Assembly (NCBI GenBank): GCA_003427395.1
Contig: BFEA01000004.1
Location: 7,677,131-7,726,175, forward strand
Direction of reading: 5' to 3'
Length of the DNA stretch: 49,045 bases
Origin: Chara braunii
Lineage: Eukaryota; Plantae; Charophyceae
This document shows, in pieces, positions 1 to 9,513 of the stretch. The notes beneath the pieces were generated by a model. That model saw only the letters and a program-made list of their open reading frames with translations. It was not told the origin of the DNA and ran no database searches. Numbering within the stretch: position 1 is the stretch's first letter; each line of letters starts with the position of its first letter. A program made the translations under genes and the position numbers.

Positions 1-627
1 GTTTGTCACAGCCCCTCATTTGTTGTCCTCTTCTCCCTCTCTGCCTACGGTTTACCGGGCAGTTCTATTTGACGATATATATATATATCGTCAAACAGAG
101 CTGCCCGGTAGACAGTAGGCAGAGAGGGAGAAGAGGACAACAAACGAGAGGCTCTGACAAACTGTTTCGTCGGAATATATATATAACTCCGACGAAACAG
201 TTTGCCACAGCCCCTCGTTTGTTGTCCTCTTCTCTCTCTCTGCCTACAGTTTACCGGGCAGTTCTGTTTGTGACGATATATATATATATATAAGAATGAG
301 AAAAATGAATGGGTTCCCTTCATATTTGTCTTGTTTTTTACTGTTTTGTTTCTGCCGTTTGTTTCGCAAAGTACGTACGCTCTTTTAGTTCATAGTTATG
401 TAACAATATATATATATGAGTCGGTGAAACTCCGACGAAACAGTTTGTCACAGCCCCACGTTTGTTGTCCTCTTCTCTCTCTCTGCCTACGGTTTACCGG
501 GCAGTTCTGTTTGTGACGATATATATATATTCTATTTGACGATATATATATATACCTCGTTTGTTGTCCTCTTCTCTCTCTCTGCCTATGGTTTACCGGG
601 CAGTTCTGTTTGTGACGATATATATAT
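1..627. repeat. Array of five full or partial copies of a ~100-bp unit separated by (TA)n, one copy inverted; unit carries hammerhead ribozyme core elements (Penelope-like pLTR/retrozyme-like)
   Basis: Unit (GAGTCGGTGAAAC)TCCGACGAAACAGTTTGTCACAGCCCC..TCCTCTTCTCTC..GGGCAGTTCTGTTTG(TG)ACGA occurs at 1-75 (+), 88-174 (-), 187-275 (+), 416-519 (+) and 555-618 (+), each abutting (TA)n. Confidence 0.8.
416..453 (+). ncRNA. Hammerhead ribozyme core, type I minimal, 5'-truncated by (TA)n
   Basis: ATGA-GTCGG-TGAAACT-CCGAC-GAAA-CAG-TTTG-TC-ACAG: end of CUGANGA, 5-bp stem II, GAAA, short stem III and GUC triplet. Confidence 0.6.
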
Positions 628-1101
628 ATGATTTCTGCATTCATTTGTGCAGACAGTTGCCTCTCCTTTGCCAGGGGACGTTATAAGGAATGCACAGTCT
701 TCTCTGATGCCTGTTCTTCCTTCCTGCCAGCCGTTGGCCAACATGCGATTTGTCGGCAGTTTTTGGCGGGCATGCTCAATGCCAGCCGTCATGGCAACCG
801 TTGCGCTAAAAACAAAATCTCTCAGCTACGTTTTGCATGTCATCACCCACCTCATCCCTACCGTTTACGTCCTCTCTGCCGTCAAGCACAGACTGACTCC
901 CGGGTCTTCTCTTGTTCTTCCCTATGCTCTCATCGTCATCCCTCTCCGGTGCTAGAAGCGCTGGTAAGAGCAGACGTTTCTAGCACCCTTCCTTTGCTTT
1001 CAGTTGCGTCCATCTTTCCTCTCTCTTTATCCCCTCTTTACTCTGCTCTTTTTCACAGCATGCAAGTGGGCCATTATGGCACAAGGGGATGTAGGCAGTC
1101 G

Positions 1102-1385
1102 GTGCTCAACTACATCAACATATCGAGCGAGCCTGTACGTCACATGTGCAGTAAAGGGGGAGCTGAAAGAAGACAGAGAAGAGCAAGACACGGTGGCAAG
1201 TCTCCCCCCCCCCCCCCCCCCCCCTTCCCCCCTCTCCCCCACGCTGGGAGCTCGTGCTCAACTACATCAACATAGCGAGCAAGCCTTGTACGTGACAGGC
1301 GCGGTGAAGGGGGGAGCTGAAAGAAGAAAATAGAAGAGAAATGCACAGTAACCAGTCTCCCTCCCCTCCCCTCCCCTCCCCCGCC
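1102..1385. repeat. Tandem duplication, ~153-bp unit, each copy ending in a C-run
   Basis: GTGCTCAACTACATCAACATA..GGGGGAGCTGAAAGAAGA..AGTCTCCC starts at 1102 and 1255. Confidence 0.85.
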
Positions 1386-1499
1386 CCTCTACCCCCCTAG
1401 GAGATATGGCAATCTCTAGGTTTAGAGAGAGATCCAAGGCATGTGTACCAGAGTTCGATTTTATGACCAGATCCTAACCGTTGGATTTCCTACTGTCTT

Positions 1500-2070
1500 C
1501 CCCCGAATACAACATATGGTCATTATTGCTGTATCTAGACTGAAAGTTGCCTCAAATACAGCTTTAATGACCGTACATTCGGGTTTAGGGTTTAGGGTTT
1601 AGGGTTTAGGTTTCGGGTTTAGGGTTTAGGGTTTTCTAACCAAGAGCTACCTTCTTCACCCAAATAGAACGTATGCTGCATCTGGACAGAAAGGTGAGCC
1701 AAATACGGCTATAATGACCATATGTTCTATTCGGGGGAAGATGGTAGGCATATTCCAGTGGGGCCTGCACCTCAGTACACTACTACTGCTACCACTACCA
1801 CTACCACTACCCTCTTCACCCGAATACAGCCAGAACCACCCTGGGTTCTATTTGAGGGAAAGACTAGTGCGTATGTACCAAATACAGCTACAATGACCAT
1901 ATGTTCTATTCGAGGGAAGACATAGGCGCTGCTACCACTACCACTACCCTCTTCACCCGCTCTATGGTCAGCATGCGTGTATCTGGACTGAAAGTTTCCC
2001 CAAATACAGCCAGAACGACCCTGCGTTCTATTTGAGGGAAAGACTAGTGCGTATGTACCCCCTCTACCTG
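1500..2070. repeat. Complex shuffled repeat (AATACAGC..GACC..GTTCTATT modules) surrounding telomeric repeats
   Basis: Related modules at ~1530, 1677, 1820, 1872 and 1977, with (CTACCA)n spacers. Confidence 0.7.
1581..1632 (+). repeat. Interstitial plant-type telomeric repeat (TTTAGGG)n, ~7 units
   Basis: gggtttagggtttagggtttagggtttaggtttcgggtttagggtttagggt read directly. Confidence 0.9.
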
Positions 2071-2121
2071 ACAGGTCCTATCATGCCAACTCAGAGACCT
2101 GAGATGGACCAGGAGACGTCT

Positions 2122-2270
2122 ATGGGCCTCGATCCACTACACAGCACTGTACGTGCATTTGGACGCTTTCTTGACCAGATGCATTCACAACGTCGGAATT
2201 GTCCGAATGCACCTGGTCCCTAAAGCGTCCTAATGAATGTACAGTACTGTGTAGTGGAGGGAGGCCCTAT
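2122..2270. other. Long imperfect foldback hairpin (~150 nt)
   Basis: 2122-2169 is near-complementary to 2222-2270, with a nested inner stem GACCAGATGCATTC/GAATGCACCTGGTC. Confidence 0.75.
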
Positions 2271-2446
2271 GTTCAAACCCCCGCTCGCCTATCCTGTTAG
2301 GAGGATCCAAAGCTGAGATCGCGCCTGCTCTGAAAACCAAGCTGAGAGCTTTACAATGTGAAATGATTTGGAAATTGAAAACGGACTCTCTCAGATGCAA
2401 GATCGCAGGGTTCTCCCTTTTTTTCATATATACTTTTGGGCTCTGC

Positions 2447-2448
<2 letters not shown>

Positions 2449-2509
<61 letters not shown>

Positions 2510-2590
2510 GTCATATTCACTATACACCCAAAAAAAGCGTGACTGTGCCAGACAGACTGTTTCGTCGGACTTCACCGACTCATCAGGAGG

Positions 2591-2621
<31 letters not shown>
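2449..2621. repeat. (GT)n microsatellite split by an ~84-bp insert (2509-2592)
   Basis: GT runs at 2449-2508 and ~2593-2621. Confidence 0.9.
2545..2590 (-). ncRNA. Hammerhead ribozyme, type I minimal, with complete catalytic core
   Basis: Minus strand: CCTC-CTGATGA-GTCGG-TGAAGT-CCGAC-GAAA-CAG-T-CTG-TC^TGGC. Canonical CUGAUGA/GAAA/GUC, 5-bp stem II, palindromic stem III; stem I weak. Predicted cleavage between 2551 and 2550. Confidence 0.75.
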
Positions 2622-2628
<7 letters not shown>

Positions 2629-3559
2629 GCATTGTCTGACCGCCATGACGTCCAGAGTTCAGTCGGGGAAAAAGTCCTATATCGGTAGTGGTGTGAGTAT
2701 GCCCTGAGAGCTTTTTCTTCTGAAATTACTATTTCTGAAAGAGAGCGCACAACTTACAGATGCCAAAAAAGATGGTAGCATACTTGCATGCATCTGATTC
2801 TTCTTTTCAATTCTTTTCTCTTTATTTTTTTATTTTTATTTTTTTTGCATTCAGGCACGCATGTGATTCAACTCCACGCTCAAAGACGCAACATGATCTC
2901 TTTCTTTCTCCACCTTTTTTTAACCCCCCCCCCTTTCCCCCATTAGTGCATGCATGTGATTCATCCCTGCTGCTCCCCCCCTGCAACAATCCAAAGATGC
3001 AACATGATCTCTTTTTTTTTCCTTTTTTTTTTATTTATTAATGCATGCATGCTTCTAAAATGAAAAACTCTGATTCATGGAAGCGCACTCAAATCTGCAA
3101 CAAGATCTCTGTCTCCTTCCTTCATTAAAAAAATAATAATAATAAAAAAAATCGGACCATTTTTCGATTTATGCACACGAGTCATCCTTCTAAGTGCAGG
3201 GGTCATGCTCATCAATTAATTAATTAATTCCTTAATTCCTTAATTCCTTAATCCATCTTCTCTCTCACTCTCATTACCGTGTTCCATTTTTTTATTTTTT
3301 TTTTAACGGCTATGATGTTCTCTTTGTTCCCTCATTAATTGAACAACAGTAATCATTAATTCATCTTCTCGGTGGCAACCGTCGAAACGTGGCCTCGGGG
3401 ATGCCACGCCTGCAGTTATGCCTTTTTTTTTTTTTTTTTTTTTCTGTGTAATTTGTACACGTGTCCCTCGCCACTGTTTTGTGTAGACTTCGTCTCGATT
3501 GGTGTGATATCTACTGGACTACTTGACTATGATGTCCCGAGGCACGATGCATTTTTTTT

Positions 3560-3645
3560 TCGCTCATCTGATTCAAAACGAGGGTTCGATCTCAGGTCTG
3601 TATTTCAGCAGTTCACGGGTGCAGCAACTGGGATAGGCCAGTTGG
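3560..3645 (-). mobile_element. tRNA-derived SINE head, family B (degenerate copy)
   Basis: Homologous to 35640-35712; degenerate A box TATCCCAGTTGC and B-box-like GATCGAACCC. Confidence 0.55.
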
Positions 3646-3762
3646 TAAAAACAACGACTGCCATCTATCCGACCACCAATCTGCGCAAAAAAAAAAAAGC
3701 CTCTTTTTTTATTTATTTTCCCTTGTTTGCGTTTTCTAAAAACTTCCGTCAGACACTACTGC

Positions 3763-3799
3763 CACTGATTGCAGTTTTCAAATTTCCAAATTCCAAACT

Positions 3800-3880
<81 letters not shown>

Positions 3881-3895
3881 AAAAATTCCAAAAAG

Positions 3896-3933
<38 letters not shown>

Positions 3934-4050
3934 CAGTGAACAGCAGACCAACCTCGATAGACACTGATTGCAATTTTCAAATTTCCAAATTCCAAACTGG
4001 AAAAAAAAAAAAAAAAAAGGCCAGTGAACAGCAGACCAACCTCTATAGAC
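3763..4050. repeat. Tandem duplication with poly(A) expansions that copies the MutY exon end and 5' splice site
   Basis: CACTGATTGCA..TCCAAACTG-(A)n-GGCCAGTGAACAGCAGACCAACCTC(G/T)ATAGAC occurs twice (3763-3962 and ~3962-4050). Confidence 0.85.
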
Positions 4051-5660
4051 GCCTTGGCGAGATCGGCAACTGTGGGCCATTTACCCATCCACTTCTTGTA
4101 GTAATCAATTACAGTCGCGACACGTGTCTGCTGCAGCATGACTTCAGAGACCCAGACTGCGTATGCACGACTTCCAGACGAATCCATCTCGACGTTGGGC
4201 GGGGAATCGGATACATCCGTCCACTCCTTGTCCTTCTCCTTCTCCTTCTCTCCCTCCCTCCCCCTCCCTGTCCCTCTCCCTCTCCCTCTCCCTCTCTCTC
4301 TCCCTCTCTCTCTCCCTCTCGCTCTCCCTCTCAACAGCACCTGTCCGGCCTGATGCTGCTCCTGCTGCTCCTCCTGCTCCTGCTGCTGCGTGAGGAGGTC
4401 GTTCTTGCTTCTTGATGATAACAAGGACCTGTCATCGTCGCGTTCCTCCTCCTCCCTCCGGTCTAGATTATGATTACGATATACCGCCCCCACGTGGACC
4501 GATGCCTCATCACGACCCCGACCCTGGTCCCGATCCCGATCCAGCAGCTTGGACCATAAGTTCTGCCGCCATGGAAGAACTCGATGATTGCGGTCATACC
4601 AATCAAGAAGATTGCGTCGGATCTGCTCCCTCTCCGCGTGATCGAATTGCGGCCGCCACGTGGCATAGACCCCGCTCGCCGTCCCAGCAGGGCACTCTTC
4701 GATATCCGCGATCCTGTGAGAAGGCGTCGTCTCCGGCAAAGCCATCATCATCACCTCAGCCGTGCTTTCGACACGTGTCCTCATCCTACTATCATCTGTG
4801 GAGGAGGGGTGCTCCTCTCCACGCCCACGACAAACCCCCCACAACCCCCGACTACTTTTCATTTGCTTTCTTGCTTCGGATTCGTTGATCCTCTTGTTGC
4901 TGCTTTGGCCTTGTCTCTGCCGACTTCGCTTCCTCCCACCAGAGCAGCTACTACGCCGACCTTTTGCAGTGGCAGTGCTATCATCAATATATTCCTCCTC
5001 CTCCTCCTCCTCTTCCTCCTCCTCCTTCTCCTCTTCCTCCTCTTCCTCCTCTTGCTCCTCCTTCGCTTCCTCCTCCTCCTCATCATCAGCAGCACCAGCA
5101 GCAGCACCAGCAGCAGCACAAGTATCATGAAGATCATCGTCATCATCATCATAAACATCATCATCATCATCATTTTTCTTCTTGGCCGTCTTTGACATCA
5201 TTCTCCCCTCCCTCTTCCTCCTCTTCGCTTTCATCTTCACCAGCGCCTTCCCTGTGTCTTGCGATCCCGCTCCCGACCCAGAGAGATCGAGACCCGAGGC
5301 GCCACCGCGCATGGCGTGTGGGTGTCTCAACTTCGGCCTCTTCTCGCCAACAGCAGCAGGAGGATCGGAATCTCGATCTGCCTGCTCCGACATGCTGCTC
5401 CTGCGCCTCTTGGGGTTCGCTGCCTTTGCGCGAGAAGTTATCAACGAGGCAGATCGAGATCCCGATCCGCGTTTGATGTTACTAGTATTACTTGAAATAC
5501 TTGTGCCCTTGATCTTCGCCTCCAAGCCGGAAACAGCAGCAGCAGAGGTTGCCCCGCCGCCGCTAAATACTACATCAGCGCATACCACCGGCGGAGAGGC
5601 GATGACGTCTTCCAGCGGGCACCTTTGCTGCCGCAACGTGGCAGCTCGTGTGGCCACCAT
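4041..5660 (-). CDS. MUTYH: A/G-specific adenine DNA glycosylase MutY/MYH, first coding exon (540 codons); later exons not found in this window
   Basis: Motifs [19 protein letters not shown] and [43 protein letters not shown] are diagnostic of MutY. Homology stops at a GAG|GTTGGT donor (4040). ATG at 5660 is the likely but unproven start. Confidence 0.9.
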
Positions 5661-5764
5661 CCCTGCTTCTCCCCCGGATTCAACAACCCAGCAACACGCT
5701 ATCCGATCCGTCAGCACTCGATCCGTGAATCTGCAGTGCGGAATCGATCCGTCAATCTCGCCAA

Positions 5765-5919
5765 AAATCGACACGTGAATCGATGCGTGAATCGATCGGT
5801 GAGTTCTCACGTCAGTCTCGCCGAGAATCGATCTGTGAATCGATCCGTGAGTTTTGGCGGGAATCGATCTGTGAATCGATCCGTGAGTTTTGGCGGGAAT
5901 CGATCTGTGAATCGATCCG
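5765..5919. repeat. 36-bp minisatellite built of GAATCGAT sub-repeats just upstream of the MutY start, running into a gap
   Basis: Unit GAATCGATCTGTGAATCGATCCGTGAGTTTTGGCGG. Confidence 0.9.
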
Positions 5920-6456
5920 NNNNNNNNNNNNNNNNNNNNNNNNNNNNNNNNNNNNNNNNNNNNNNNNNNNNNNNNNNNNNNNNNNNNNNNNNNNNNNNNN
6001 NNNNNNNNNNNNNNNNNNNNNNNNNNNNNNNNNNNNNNNNNNNNNNNNNNNNNNNNNNNNNNNNNNNNNNNNNNNNNNNNNNNNNNNNNNNNNNNNNNNN
6101 NNNNNNNNNNNNNNNNNNNNNNNNNNNNNNNNNNNNNNNNNNNNNNNNNNNNNNNNNNNNNNNNNNNNNNNNNNNNNNNNNNNNNNNNNNNNNNNNNNNN
6201 NNNNNNNNNNNNNNNNNNNNNNNNNNNNNNNNNNNNNNNNNNNNNNNNNNNNNNNNNNNNNNNNNNNNNNNNNNNNNNNNNNNNNNNNNNNNNNNNNNNN
6301 NNNNNNNNNNNNNNNNNNNNNNNNNNNNNNNNNNNNNNNNNNNNNNNNNNNNNNNNNNNNNNNNNNNNNNNNNNNNNNNNNNNNNNNNNNNNNNNNNNNN
6401 NNNNNNNNNNNNNNNNNNNNNNNNNNNNNNNNNNNNNNNNNNNNNNNNNNNNNNNN
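5920..6456. other. Assembly gap
   Basis: N run. Confidence 1.
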
Positions 6457-6584
6457 TTTCCCATGGCGTCTTGTGATTAACCAAAAGAGAAAAAAGAAAA
6501 GAAAAGAAAAAAAGTACGTACAAGTACCTCATGATTGTCGAGATGATAGACACCTTAGAAGAAGTGGACGATGGCTTGAGATTT

Positions 6585-6606
6585 TTTAATTTATTTATTT
6601 ATTTCT

Positions 6607-6665
<59 letters not shown>

Positions 6666-6670
6666 TTTTA
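6585..6670. repeat. (ATTT)n microsatellite
   Basis: Read directly. Confidence 0.95.
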
Positions 6671-6979
6671 TCTTTTTTTTGCCTTGAGAGTTTTCAGTTC
6701 AAACACCTTCGAAGGCTGTCAAGCTTTGCGCCTCGCCACACGGCACACGAAACGTCAAATATAACGAGCGCATCTTCCCACAGAAACTGGAAAGATTCAT
6801 CCTTTGTTGACGAATAATAACGAATGTACCTGGCCACCTTCTGTGGAAAGACGCATCTCTTTTTTTTTTGTTCCCGTTTCCTGTGTGGTTTGGCGAGCCT
6901 TTTGTCCTTCCTTCCTTCAAATGTACCCACTGACGAAAGCACCAAACGCCATTGACCTGACGTAAACGGTCTTCTCCGA

Positions 6980-7063
6980 CGACGAGGAAGAGGAGGAGGG
7001 GGAGGAGGAGGAGGAGGAAGAAGAAGAAAGAGGAGAAGAAGAAGAAGAAGAAGAAGAAGAAGA
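6980..7063. repeat. (GGA)n/(AGA)n microsatellite
   Basis: Read directly. Confidence 0.9.
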
Positions 7064-7440
7064 GGTCTAGTGATTAGGGGATTCCGTGGCCAACGAGCAA
7101 CAACCGTATTCCACCGAACATAACGCACGCTGATAGTGAATGTACACAGGCCATATTTCCAGTCAGGTACAGACCACGCGTACGAAAAGACAGTACACAG
7201 AAGCTCGCACGTCCAACGCTTTGAAGAAGAAGAAGAAAAAGAAGAAGAAGATAAGGATGACAATGAGAATGAATCTTTCGCTAGAACATAGGAAAATACA
7301 CCGCCGAATTTTTTTGTCTTTTGGGCATGTGGTTAGCGGTGGAGCGAGGCCCGATATCGGAACTACCTTCTTTAGAGGAAGAGTCAAGAGCATTCTATTC
7401 TCTGACTTCATTACGTAGTGCTGACCGTAGTAAGAGTGAT

Positions 7441-8426
7441 CCAGCGGCCTAGCTCAGTTGGTAAGGCACGCAAGTAGTAAGAGTGAAAAAAAAGCCTAGC
7501 TCAGTTGGTAAGGCACGCAAGTGGCATTCAGGAGGTCTTGGGTTCAATCCCCATTGACCTCATGTACCTTCCCGGGCAAGCTTGGCGCCGGCCACCTAGA
7601 GATATGCCTTTGGTCCCCCCGAGTGGCATTGAGCAGAGACTGCCAAGCTTGCCCACCTAGAGATATGCCGTTGGTCCCCCCGAGTGGCATTGAGCAGAGA
7701 CTGCTGATGTTCATTGGGGGAGGGGACCGGAGGGGAGGCACAGTGACTGGCCCATCGAAGAAGCTCGGTCCTGATGCTACCGGCTGACCCCTGGCCGGTA
7801 TCGCCCACCTGCTGTAGCAGGTATCGCACCTGCTGGTGGGTGCAGCTCCCGCATGTTCCCTCGTTGGAGGCTTGAGCACGACGGATGTGGCCGCTACGGG
7901 GTTCCCCGGGACCAAGTCCCACTTGCAGCGGTTTAGTCCTCAGTTCGGGACCCTGTGTTTTGTGTGACACGTTTCCTGACCGCTGATTCACATTGATCGT
8001 AGGGCGCATGGTCAGTTATGTTTTTCTTCGAACGGAATGGATTGAATGTTGCTACGTAGCGGTTTCCCATTGGCTGTTATAGTCGGAATGAGCTCTTTCA
8101 CTCGCAAGGAACGGTCCTCGTCCGTAGCCTGACCCCAGTCGGGCTAGACGTGGGGACCGTCCATCGTCTTGTATTTCCACAGAAACTAAAAGTTTTTCCC
8201 GACAATGCCGCTGCCATACCCTTGGTTACCAGACTGACCGGCCTTTCATCATTACTGTCATTCAGCACGTTCAAATCCTGTTATTTTTCGCGATTTAACC
8301 CGTCGTTTGTCAACCAGCCGCACATTGCAACACGAAGTCACACAGTGTCGTGCAGTACTGGCTACGGGAACTAAACCGCTGCAAGTGGGACTTGGTCCCC
8401 GTAATACTATAATGACAATAAAAAAG
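7441..8426 (+). mobile_element. tRNA-derived SINE family A, copy 1 (duplicated head, internal ~60-bp duplication, interrupted by a MITE)
   Basis: A box TAGCTCAGTTGG (7450 and 7497), B box GGTTCAATCC (7541), body homologous to 14496-14758 (-) and ~42090-42322 (-), A-rich end at ~8410-8426. Confidence 0.8.
7909..8398. mobile_element. Non-autonomous TIR element (MITE, Harbinger-like), 490 bp, 29-bp perfect TIR, TSD CCG
   Basis: TIR GGACCAAGTCCCACTTGCAGCGGTTTAGT at 7909-7937 and its reverse complement at 8370-8398; CCG at 7906-7908 and 8399-8401; empty site GTTCCCCGTAATAC in the paralogous SINE copy near 14500 (-). Confidence 0.9.
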
Positions 8427-8727
8427 GCCTGAAAAGCCGTCCTGTCCAGATTTGACAGGTAATTGAATTGGTTGGGCTTAAAGAATTAGCCTTAAAAAAA
8501 AAAAACAGAGTGAAGGCCCAAAGTGTAGAAATCGACTAAGGACGTACTCGAACTAGGGCTTCCCGGGAATGTATCTGACGGCAATTACTGACTGCCATGC
8601 ATGTACCTGGCCGTCATTACGTCCAGGGCTGAGTAGGAAGTGTGAGTATGACTAAGTCTATGGCCTGAGAGAGGACGACGAAGAAAGAATTCATGGGAAC
8701 AACCCGCTTTGGACCGTTGCCGCCGAT

Positions 8728-8734
8728 AACTTGT

Positions 8735-8770
<36 letters not shown>

Positions 8771-8775
8771 TGTCA
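8728..8775 (+). mobile_element. Poly(A)-only retro-insertion with 9-bp TSD
   Basis: AACTTGTCA-(A)~30-AACTTGTCA. Confidence 0.65.
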
Positions 8776-9067
8776 GAACTAATCCTCGGGATTCGAGCCC
8801 TAGATCTTTGGCACATTTTGGGGTTGCATCAACGCAACTGGACATTAGCTAGCTTCTACTGGAGCGGATGATGGCCCTGACCCCACCCCACAGGCATGCG
8901 GAAAAGCGCAGGTTTTGGCACGGAGGGTTTTTTCAGACCCCACAGGCCGTAGGGTGTGGCCTTGAAGAACTTCAGCTTCCGTTTCCACTGTAATGATGGC
9001 GGAATCCTCCGTGGCACCCCAGAATCCCTAAAAAAAATGCCAAAGTTACATGGTAGGTGCCAGAGAG

Positions 9068-9171
9068 GCCCTCCGACGCGAACGGAGGCCTCCGTGGCAG
9101 ACGGAGGCAGCGGGCATTGACGTGAAAACGCGTCTCCGTGGCGGACGGAGGCAGCGGGGATGGACGTGAAA
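9068..9171. repeat. GC-rich tandem repeat of small hairpins (CTCCGT-GGCRG-ACGGAG)
   Basis: Two ~43-bp units plus one partial. Confidence 0.7.
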
Positions 9172-9513
9172 TGGGCATCGGCAGGAACGAAAGTGGCCCC
9201 TCTCTTTTCCCTTCGGAAAAACACCGGAAACATTTCCTATTTCGGTAAACGGGAGCGACCGGGAGGCCACGCCTTGTGGTCGCAGTGGGGTCCCGCCGTC
9301 CTTCGAAGGTCTGTTCGCGGTGCACAGGAGCCCATTTGCGTGGCTCCCCATTTTGCTTTGCCGGGGTGCTGTGGGGTCCACCCCTATATCTTTTTCCTTT
9401 TTCTGAAGAATAGATTGTTGAAATGCCCCTGAAAGTTGGCTTTCTTTTTTTATTATTATTATTATAAATAAGTCCAGGGTGTTGTAGAGGCCGGTTACTA
9501 GGCACACGTTGAT

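Larger units (their letters stand above)
1..4040 (-). other. Large repeat-filled first intron of MutY (continues beyond the window)
   Basis: GT donor at 4040-4039; the expected next motif (EVNxxWAGLGYY) was not found in 1-4040. Confidence 0.65.

Noticed and set aside
1-627. CRISPR-like repeat-spacer array
   Set aside because: Units are ~100 bp, spacers are (TA)n, orientations are mixed, the context is eukaryotic and there are no cas genes.
1172-1182. U6 snRNA ACAGAGAAGA box
   Set aside because: No other U6 sequence on either side.
3879-6464. 861-aa ORF as called in the track, and other X-containing ORFs
   Set aside because: These read through N gaps, minisatellite and intron; only 5660-4041 is supported.
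7494-7565. Functional tRNA-Ala gene
   Set aside because: Acceptor and anticodon stems do not pair, and it is followed by a repeated body, so it is a SINE head.
7785-7900. HDV-like ribozyme in the SINE body
   Set aside because: An L3-like TTCCCTCG is present, but P1/P2/P3 pairings could not be built.
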